Shown here: positions 26,748 to 33,290 of the stretch, piece by piece
How positions within the stretch are numbered: the stretch's first letter is position 1
Layout of the letters: every line of letters starts with the position of its first letter
DNA from: Frankiaceae bacterium
Lineage (GTDB): Bacteria > Actinomycetota > Actinomycetes > JAVEEJ01
Direction: 5' to 3'
Assembly (NCBI GenBank): GCA_030840515.1
Contig: JAVEEJ010000323.1
Span: 1-33,290 of the forward strand
DNA length: 33,290 nucleotides
The notes under the pieces: generated by a model
What the model saw: the letters and a program-made list of their open reading frames with translations, nothing else
Database searches by the model: none
Told to the model about the DNA's origin: nothing
Program-made: the position numbers and the translations under genes

Positions 26748-28502
26748 GTGCCTTCGCTTCGGCTCGCCCTGGCTCAGGTCAACGCGACGGTCGGCGACCT
26801 CGAGGGCAACGCGTCGCTGGTCCTGCGGTGGGCCGAGCACGCCCAGCAGCGCGGCGCCCACCTCGCCGTCTTCCCCGAGGGCGTCATCACCGGTTACCCG
26901 GCGGAGGACCTCGTGTTGCGGGAGTCCTTCGTCGCTGCCTCCATCGACACTGTCGTCCGGTTGGCGCAGCAGCTCGCCGCCGCCGGGCTCGGAGAGCTGC
27001 CGGTGGTGCTCGGGTACGTCGACAGCGCCCCCCGCGGCCGCCCCTTCAACGCGGCCGCCGTGCTGCACCGCGGCGGGGTGGTCACCACCTACGCGAAGCA
27101 CCACCTCCCGAACTACGGCGTCTTCGACGAAGCGCGCTACTTCACCCCTGGCGAGCGGTTCCCGGTGGTGCGGGTGCGCGGCATCGACGTCGCACTGACG
27201 ATCTGCGAAGACCTGTGGCAGGACGGGGGGCCCATCGCGGCTGCGCGCACGGCCGGCGTCGGCCTGGTGCTGACCATCAACGGCTCGCCGTACGAGCGCG
27301 ACAAGGACGACTTCCGGCTCGCGCTGGCCCAGCGCCGCGCGGCCGAGGCGGGCGCGACCTTGGCCTACGTCAACCTCGTAGGCGGTCAGGACGAGCTGGT
27401 CTTCGACGGCGACTCCCTCGTCGTCGCGCCCGACGGAACCCTGCTGGCCCGAGCCCCGCAGTTCGAGGAGGGCCTGCTCGTCGCGGACCTCGAGCTGCCC
27501 GCGGCGTCGGACGACCGCTGGGGTGCCGTGCCGGTCGGTGACGGTGGCCAGATGGTGGTGGAGCGGGTGACGGTCTCGGCAGAGCCGTTGCCCGAGTGGG
27601 CGCTGCTTCCCAGCGGGATAGCGGCGCGCCTGGACGACACAGCGGAGGTGTGGCGCGCACTGGTCCTCGGCACCCGTGACTACGTCCGCAAGAACGGCTT
27701 CAGCTCAGTGGTGCTCGGTCTGTCCGGCGGGATCGACTCCGCAGTGGTCGCCGTACTCGCAGCCGACGCACTCGGCCCCAGCGCGGTGCACGCCGTGGGG
27801 ATGCCGTCGCGGCACTCGAGTCCGGGGTCCCTCACCGATGCCGAGGAGCTGACCCACCGGGTCGGGGTCAACTGGGAGGTGATCCCGATCGACCCCGTCG
27901 TGCGCGGGTTCGAGGGCGCGGTCGAGCTGCACGGGCTGGCCGCCGAGAACCTGCAGGCGCGGGTACGGGGCACCCTGCTGATGGCGTTGTCCAACGAGCG
28001 CGGGCACCTGGTCCTCGCCACCGGCAACAAGAGCGAGCTCGCGACCGGCTACTCGACGCTCTACGGGGACGCGGTCGGTGGCTACGCGCCGATCAAGGAC
28101 GTGCCCAAGACGGACGTGTGGGCGCTCGCCCGGTGGCGCAACGCCTGGGCAAGCGAGCGAGGCGAGACACCGCCGATCCCGGAGGCTTCCATCAGCAAGC
28201 CTCCCTCCGCGGAGCTGCGCCCCGGACAGCAGGACAGTGACTCGCTGCCGCCCTATGAGGCGCTCGACGCAGTGCTGGACGACTACGTCGAACGCGACCT
28301 CGGTCGGGCCGCGCTGCTGCGCGCCGGTCACGACGAGGGGCTGGTGGACCGGGTGATGCGGCTGGTCGACCACGCCGAGTACAAGCGCCGGCAGTACCCA
28401 CCGGGCCCGAAGGTCTCGTCGCGCAACTTCGGCCGCGACCGCCGACTTCCCATCACGTCGCGCTGGCGCGAGGGGCCCGCCGCTGACCCCGCCCAGGGGT
28501 AG
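26748..28502 (+). CDS. nadE: Glutamine-dependent NAD+ synthetase
   Basis: Nitrilase domain VFPEG / YAKHHLPNYGVFDEARYF / TICEDLW. Synthetase domain GLSGGIDS, ENLQARVRG, TGNKSE..GYSTLYGD, KPPSAEL, AEYKRRQ. TAGGCT -10 at 26736-26741 lies 6 nt before the GTG. Confidence 0.97.
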   Translation: MPSLRLALAQVNATVGDLEGNASLVLRWAEHAQQRGAHLAVFPEGVITGYPAEDLVLRESFVAASIDTVVRLAQQLAAAGLGELPVVLGYVDSAPRGRPFNAAAVLHRGGVVTTYAKHHLPNYGVFDEARYFTPGERFPVVRVRGIDVALTICEDLWQDGGPIAAARTAGVGLVLTINGSPYERDKDDFRLALAQRRAAEAGATLAYVNLVGGQDELVFDGDSLVVAPDGTLLARAPQFEEGLLVADLELPAASDDRWGAVPVGDGGQMVVERVTVSAEPLPEWALLPSGIAARLDDTAEVWRALVLGTRDYVRKNGFSSVVLGLSGGIDSAVVAVLAADALGPSAVHAVGMPSRHSSPGSLTDAEELTHRVGVNWEVIPIDPVVRGFEGAVELHGLAAENLQARVRGTLLMALSNERGHLVLATGNKSELATGYSTLYGDAVGGYAPIKDVPKTDVWALARWRNAWASERGETPPIPEASISKPPSAELRPGQQDSDSLPPYEALDAVLDDYVERDLGRAALLRAGHDEGLVDRVMRLVDHAEYKRRQYPPGPKVSSRNFGRDRRLPITSRWREGPAADPAQG

Positions 28503-28583
28503 CCGGCGCCGCCCCGCCCGCGTCGTGTCACGATGGTGCTGCCCGGGGACGCCGTGTGGTGCCTCGAGGCGTGGGAGGCAGCC

Positions 28584-29423
28584 ATGGCTACCGAGGCCAT
28601 CAGCTTGTACGGCGGGTCCGGGAACGGCCGCCGCGTCACGGTCCGCGACATCGCCGCCGCCAAAGAGCGAGGCGAGCGTTGGCCGATGCTCACCGCCTAC
28701 GACGCCCTCACCGCGGGGCTCTTCGACGAGGCCGGGATCCCGGTGCTGCTCGTCGGCGACTCCGCGGCGATGGTGGTCTACGGCTACGACACCACCTTGC
28801 CGGTCCGGGTCGATGACCTGATCCCGCTCGTCGCGGCGGTGGTGCGCGGGTCGAAGCGGGCCATGGTGGTGGCCGACCTGCCGTTCGGCAGCTATCAGGC
28901 CAGCGCCGCGCAGGCGCTCGAGACCGGGGCGCGCTTCCTCAAGGAGGGCGGCGCGCACGCGGTCAAGCTCGAAGGCGGCGCCCGCGTGCTGCCCCAGGTC
29001 GACGCACTGGTGGCCGCCGGGGTGCCGGTGATGGGTCACCTGGGGCTGACGCCGCAGAGCGTGAACGCGATCGGCGGCTACCGCGTGCAAGGCCGAGGTG
29101 GGGCGGACGAGCAGCTGCTCGCCGACGCGAAGGCGCTGGAGGCCGCGGGCGCCTTCTCCCTGGTGCTCGAGGCCGTGCCCGCCGAGCTCGCCGAGCGCAT
29201 CACGGCGTCACTGGCCATCCCGACCATCGGGATCGGCGCGGGCAACGCGTGCGACGGGCAGGTGCTCGTCTGGCAGGACCTCGCCGGCCTGACGCCGTCC
29301 CCCGGGCCGAAGTTCGTCAAGCGCTACGCCGATCTGCGCGGCGTCCTCACCTCCGCCGTGCAGGAGTTCGCGGCCGAGGTCGCGGACGGGAGCTATCCGG
29401 GTCCGGAGCACAGCTACCACTGA
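28584..29423 (+). CDS. panB: 3-methyl-2-oxobutanoate hydroxymethyltransferase. Start ATG 28584
   Basis: [63 protein letters not shown]. Confidence 0.96.
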   Translation: MATEAISLYGGSGNGRRVTVRDIAAAKERGERWPMLTAYDALTAGLFDEAGIPVLLVGDSAAMVVYGYDTTLPVRVDDLIPLVAAVVRGSKRAMVVADLPFGSYQASAAQALETGARFLKEGGAHAVKLEGGARVLPQVDALVAAGVPVMGHLGLTPQSVNAIGGYRVQGRGGADEQLLADAKALEAAGAFSLVLEAVPAELAERITASLAIPTIGIGAGNACDGQVLVWQDLAGLTPSPGPKFVKRYADLRGVLTSAVQEFAAEVADGSYPGPEHSYH

Positions 29424-29440
29424 CCGCTGCGCCACCTCGC

Positions 29441-30115
29441 TCAGATGTCGGTGACCCGGATGCCGGCATGCGCCTTGTAGCGGCGGTTCACCGAGATCAG
29501 GTTCGCGGTGAGCGCCTCGACCTGCCGGCAGTTGCGCAGCCGCCCGGCGTACACCCCGCGCATCCCTGGGATCCCCGCGACGATGTCTTGGACAAGGTCG
29601 GTGGCGGCACGGTCATCGCCGAGCACGAGGACATCGGTGTCGAGTACGGCGATCTCCGGGTCGAGCAGCAACACGGCCGAGACGTGGTGGAACGCCCCCA
29701 CCACGGTCGAGTCCGGCAGCGCAGCGGCGGCCTCCTGCGCCGCCGACCCCTCGGGAACCGCCAGCGCGAAGGCTCCCTGGGCGTCGAAGCCGAGCGGGTT
29801 CACGCAGTCGACGACGACCTTGCCCGCCAGCTCGGCAGCCAGCGACTCGAGCAGTGCCCGGTGCCCGTCATAGGGAACGGCGACGACGACGAGGTCCGCC
29901 GCCGCGGCGTCGGCGTTGCCCGCGCCCGTGACCCGCTCCAGACCGAGATCGGCCGCCGCCGTGACAGCCCGGCCCGGGTCCCGAGAGCCGAGCACCACGC
30001 TGTGGCCTGCGAGGGCGAGGCGCCGGGCCAAGCCTCGGCCCTGCTCACCCGTGCCACCGAGAACCCCGATGCTCATGAGTCGCTGGGCGGAGGGGTCGCC
30101 GGGCTCTACGGTCAT
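29441..30115 (-). CDS. npdG: NADPH-dependent F420 reductase. Start ATG 30115
   Basis: IGVLGGTGEQGRGLA, LGSRD, VVAVPY, VDCVNPL, VVGAFHHVSA, VEALTANLISVNRRYK. CATGAT -10 lies 6 nt before the ATG. Confidence 0.92.
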   Translation of the reverse strand: MTVEPGDPSAQRLMSIGVLGGTGEQGRGLARRLALAGHSVVLGSRDPGRAVTAAADLGLERVTGAGNADAAAADLVVVAVPYDGHRALLESLAAELAGKVVVDCVNPLGFDAQGAFALAVPEGSAAQEAAAALPDSTVVGAFHHVSAVLLLDPEIAVLDTDVLVLGDDRAATDLVQDIVAGIPGMRGVYAGRLRNCRQVEALTANLISVNRRYKAHAGIRVTDI

Positions 30116-30208
30116 GCCGCGATCATGCCCAGGGCTGTCGAGGGTTGTGGCGAGGGGTCCGGGGAACGGTGCCCCCCAGATGACCGCTCCGGAACTGTGT
30201 CCGTCTTG

Positions 30209-30234
30209 GGAGGATTCCCAGGGGGGGCGGCGAA
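30209..30234 (+). promoter_or_regulatory. Putative sigmaH-like promoter of the 30295 gene
   Basis: GGAGGA-ttcccagggggggc(14)-GGCGAA. Confidence 0.5.
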
Positions 30235-30294
30235 CCCAGGGGCGATAAGCAGGACCGAGGTAGCCAGGCACGAGCGGCGGCAGGAGGTGGCGGC

Positions 30295-31170
30295 ATGGAC
30301 GAGCAGTCCGAGCGCGGCCCCCTCGAGCCCACGCCCGGCGGCGTCGAGCGGCTCCTCGCAGAGCTCGCTGACCTGCGGCTTCTCCTCGACAGCGACCTGA
30401 CGATCGCGGCCGCCGCCCTCGACGCGGACGCCCCGCAGATGGCCTCTCAGGTCCTCGACGACGAGCACGAGCGGCTCAACTCCCTGCAGGCCCGGATCCT
30501 GCGCGGCGTCACCCCGGAGCCTGCGCGAGTGGCACCGGCACCGATCGAGCTGCCCCAGCCGCGATCGCGGCGCTTGGCCCGCCTGCCCGGCGGTGCCGCT
30601 GCTGCCCTGGCCGCGGCCGCCGTGGCAGCCGCCGTACTCGGGGCCTCCATGGTCCCGAGCATGCACAGCAGCCATCCGGCCCTGGCCTCGGACGTGGCGA
30701 CCGCAACGGACAGCTATGACGCCTTCAGTCGCATCGCCACCAGCAAGTCCGGCGACGCGGCCGACGTCCAGGCCGCCGCGGCCGCGCTGCACGCCTCGCT
30801 CCAGCCCCTGATCGACGCGGCCGACAGCAGTCCGGAGAGCGCTCAGCGGGCCCTCGAGCTGCTGCAGGCAGAGCAGCTGCTCCTGCTGCAGTCCAAGCCG
30901 GCCGGGGCCAACGCGATCCTGCGTGAGGCACACCGGCTGGTCCTGCGGCTGCGCAAGCAGGCCCCTTCGGTGGTCCCGCCCGCGGCGACCAAGCCGCTGG
31001 CGACGAGCAGCCCCAAGTCGACCAGCAGCGCCAAGCCGGTGGCGAAGCCCTCGCCCTCGCCGACCACGTCGCCTACCCCTTCGCACAAGCCGAGCCCCAA
31101 GCCCAGCCCCTCCGGGTCACCCTCCTCGAGCCCCTCACCGAGCTCGACAGGCATCATCCCCGGGCTCTAA
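30295..31170 (+). CDS. Hypothetical single-pass membrane protein with a Pro/Ser/Thr-rich C-terminal tail
   Basis: RBS AGGAGG. Acidic helical N-domain, RSRRLAR + hydrophobic Ala-rich segment, helical outer domain, KPSPSPTTSPTPS tail. Confidence 0.75.
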   Translation: MDEQSERGPLEPTPGGVERLLAELADLRLLLDSDLTIAAAALDADAPQMASQVLDDEHERLNSLQARILRGVTPEPARVAPAPIELPQPRSRRLARLPGGAAAALAAAAVAAAVLGASMVPSMHSSHPALASDVATATDSYDAFSRIATSKSGDAADVQAAAAALHASLQPLIDAADSSPESAQRALELLQAEQLLLLQSKPAGANAILREAHRLVLRLRKQAPSVVPPAATKPLATSSPKSTSSAKPVAKPSPSPTTSPTPSHKPSPKPSPSGSPSSSPSPSSTGIIPGL

Positions 31171-31199
31171 GAGCCCGCGCGCCGTTCGAAGCGGTGCGC
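31161..31199 (+). terminator. Possible hairpins at the end of the 30295 gene
   Basis: CGGGCTC-taa-GAGCCCG followed by GCGCGCCGTT-cga-AGCGGTGCGC. No U-tract. Confidence 0.3.
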
Positions 31200-31221
31200 C
31201 CACCTCGGGCACGATGACCGC

Positions 31222-31815
31222 ATGGATCGCTCCAGCGCGCAGGCGTTGCGCGAGCTCCTCGCCTCCACGGCGCTGGTGGACCGCACGTTGTCCTTCGGCC
31301 GGGCCCTTCGGCGTACCCGGGTCGGTCGCTCCCCCGGTGGGCTGCTCGTCGTCGGCACCGCCGAGGAAGAGCCGTGGCACTTCACCGCCCACCTTCAGGA
31401 CGAGGCTGAGTGGGCCGGAGCTCCGGAGCTGACGCCGACGCTCATTCGCTGGTCACCACCAGACGATGCGCCCGCACACTTGGCTGTCGACCTGTCGCGT
31501 CTCGAGCAGGCGAAGCGCGGGGAGTCACTGCTCGTCGTTGCGCCGGGGAGAGCCACCGATCCGCTTCTCGAACGGGTCGATGACGCGCGCCACCGCGGTG
31601 CCAGCGTCTTCGCCGTCGCGAGCGCCGACCGCGAGTTGGAGGCGCTGGCCGATGAGGCCCTCGTCATGGAAGACCAGACCGTCGCGAAGTCCGTCGACTT
31701 CGACGCGGTCACGCACCTGATCTCCCTGGCAACCGGCGAAGCGCTGCCCGCTCGCGGCGGCGTGCGTCCGAGGTTGGCGCGGCTTCTCGATGTGTTGGCG
31801 GGTCCGCGCGACTGA
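31222..31815 (+). CDS. Conserved actinobacterial hypothetical protein, SIS-like fold suspected
   Basis: GGLLVVGTAEEEPWHFTAHL, SLLVVAP...LLERVDDARHRGASVFAV. CACGAT -10 lies 6 nt before the ATG. Confidence 0.7.
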   Translation: MDRSSAQALRELLASTALVDRTLSFGRALRRTRVGRSPGGLLVVGTAEEEPWHFTAHLQDEAEWAGAPELTPTLIRWSPPDDAPAHLAVDLSRLEQAKRGESLLVVAPGRATDPLLERVDDARHRGASVFAVASADRELEALADEALVMEDQTVAKSVDFDAVTHLISLATGEALPARGGVRPRLARLLDVLAGPRD

Positions 31816-31821
31816 CAGCCG

Positions 31822-32433
31822 TTAGTCGGCGCGAGCTCGATGACGCCGCATGACAATCACGATCGCGCCCACGCACGCCACGACCCCAAGTGCGATGAGC
31901 CCCGCGGTCGAGAGCTGTCGGTGCAGTCGTTCCCAGCTCGAGCCCGCGAGATAGCCCAGGACGACACATCCACCGGCCCACACGACGGCGCCCGCGACGT
32001 TCCACAACAGGAACCGTCCGTAGGGCATGCGGGCCATTCCGCACATGCCGGGGACAAGAACTCTCAGCGCAGCAGTGAACCGTCCGACGAACACCGCCTT
32101 GCCTCCGAGACGGTTCACCGCCTTCTTGCTTCGCTCGACGTGTTCGGGCTTCAACAGGCGCTTGGGCACGTGCGACAACAGCGCCTCGCCGTAGCGCCGA
32201 CCCACGGCATAACCGATGCTGTCACCGACGATGGCCCCGCTGACAGCCGCGACAATCGCTGCCCACAAAGGGATTTTCCCTTGATGCGCGAGTACGCCGC
32301 CGAGCAGCGCAGCGATCTCGCCGGGAAACACGAAGCCAACGAACGCCGATGCTTCGAGTGCCGGTAGCAAGAAGACGAAGAGCAGCGCGACAGCCGCGGG
32401 CAAGTCGAGAATCGCCTTCGCGAGCGCTGTCAC
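31822..32433 (-). CDS. DedA-family membrane protein. Start GTG 32433
   Basis: ALEASAFVGFVFPGEIA, GAIVGDSIGYAVGRRYG, AVFVGRF...VPGMCGMARMPYGRFLLWN. CAAGAT -10 lies 6 nt before the GTG. Confidence 0.92.
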   Translation of the reverse strand: MTALAKAILDLPAAVALLFVFLLPALEASAFVGFVFPGEIAALLGGVLAHQGKIPLWAAIVAAVSGAIVGDSIGYAVGRRYGEALLSHVPKRLLKPEHVERSKKAVNRLGGKAVFVGRFTAALRVLVPGMCGMARMPYGRFLLWNVAGAVVWAGGCVVLGYLAGSSWERLHRQLSTAGLIALGVVACVGAIVIVMRRHRARAD

Positions 32434-32568
32434 ACATGCATCTTGCCCGGCGCCCACTTCGCGACACGCATCGACGCAGCAGGCGTGATGCTGGTAACAG
32501 TGGGGCATTGGTGTCATCGTGATCACGCAAGCCGGTCGACCGACCGGTCGAATGGCCAGGAGGTAGCA

Positions 32569-33288
32569 GTGCCAGCGAGGTTCGTGTTGAAGCGAGGAGC
32601 GAGCGGAAAGTTTCGCTTCAACCTTCGCGCGAACAACGGTGAGGTCATCGCGACCTCAGAGGCGTACAACTCGAAAGCCTCGGCACTCACCGGAATCCAA
32701 GCCGTTCAGACTGCAGCGGGAGGAGCAGCAGTGGTAGACGAGACGAAGCCGGCGGCGAAGAAGGCTCCGGCCAGAAAGGCCGCCAAGAAGACCGCGAAGC
32801 GGTCCACGGCCAAGAAGGCCACCACCAAGCGGACAGCCGCGAAGAAGTCGACAGCCAAGAAGTCGACGACCAAGCGCACCGCCGCCAAGAAGTCGACCGC
32901 CAAGAAGTCGACCGCCAAGAAGTCCACGGCGAAGAAGTCGACCGCCAAGAAGACCGCGAAGAAGTCGACTGCGAAGAAGACCGCGAAGCGGGCTCCGGCG
33001 AAGAAGTCGGCCGCCAAGAAGTCGACTGCCAAGAAGTCGACTGCGAAGAAGTCGACTGCCAAGAAGACCGCCAAGAAGTCCACTGCCAAGAAGTCCACGG
33101 CGAAGAAGTCGGCCGCCAAGAAGACCGCGAAGAAGTCGACTGCCAAGAAGACCGCGAAGCGGGCTCCGGCGAAGAAGTCGGCCGCCAAGAAGACCGCGAA
33201 GAAGTCGACTGCCAAGAAGACCGCGAAGCGGGCTCCGGCGAAGCGGACGGCCAAGAAGTCGACCGCCAAGCGCGCGGCGAAGAAGTAG
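32569..33288 (+). CDS. YegP/DUF1508-domain protein fused to a histone-H1-like Lys/Ala-rich tail. Start GTG 32569
   Basis: [54 protein letters not shown] is the YegP pattern, followed by about 180 aa of [14 protein letters not shown] repeats. Confidence 0.85.
   Translation: MPARFVLKRGASGKFRFNLRANNGEVIATSEAYNSKASALTGIQAVQTAAGGAAVVDETKPAAKKAPARKAAKKTAKRSTAKKATTKRTAAKKSTAKKSTTKRTAAKKSTAKKSTAKKSTAKKSTAKKTAKKSTAKKTAKRAPAKKSAAKKSTAKKSTAKKSTAKKTAKKSTAKKSTAKKSAAKKTAKKSTAKKTAKRAPAKKSAAKKTAKKSTAKKTAKRAPAKRTAKKSTAKRAAKK
32750..33285 (+). repeat. Coding tandem repeats (12- and 15-bp units, higher-order 69-bp unit)
   Basis: gccaagaagtcgact/acc units. [23 protein letters not shown] occurs twice in tandem, with a near copy earlier. 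Confidence 0.9.
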
Positions 33289-33290
33289 CG

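Noticed and set aside
26685-27104. N-terminal extension of the 603-aa ORF
   Set aside because: Overlaps nadE on the opposite strand. Signal peptide and promoter spacing place the start at 26684.
32527-32552. Fifth sigmaH-like motif (GCAAGC-N14-GTCGAA) before the YegP fusion
   Set aside because: The -10 matches but the -35 lacks the AGGA core, so it is too weak to count.
32706-33269. Hydrophobic repeat ORF (AVDFL...) or a CRISPR-like array
   Set aside because: It is the reverse complement of the Lys-rich coding repeat. There are no unique spacers or cas genes.
1-33290. Defence systems, prophage, transposases, rRNA or tRNA
   Set aside because: No supporting motifs seen on either strand.

Overview
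High-GC actinobacterial chromosomal window with no rRNA, tRNA, CRISPR array or mobile element visible. A housekeeping backbone (glnE, glnA2-type GS, nadE, panB, npdG, dedA) is interrupted by accessory cell-envelope genes. These are a PadR/ABC-exporter operon, a sortase-anchored hydrolase, a Tat-exported DUF1800/DUF1501 pair, an ECF sigma/anti-sigma module, two tandem Cys-Cys beta-propeller proteins and a YegP-histone-H1-like fusion. The main candidate for a new system is a two-gene operon. It encodes a divergent FtsH paralog and a 916-aa surface protein that joins an Asp-box beta-propeller to a hybrid plus betaI(VWA) module aligning motif by motif with integrin beta subunits, followed by an unusual Q/E-rich membrane anchor. 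This operon, both Cys-Cys propeller genes and a membrane protein gene share a G(C/A/G)AGGA-N14/15-G(T/G)CG(A/T)A promoter motif resembling Bacillus sigmaH (Spo0H) promoters. The ECF module carries a symmetric back-to-back promoter pair. All assignments come from visual motif recognition; no database searches were run.
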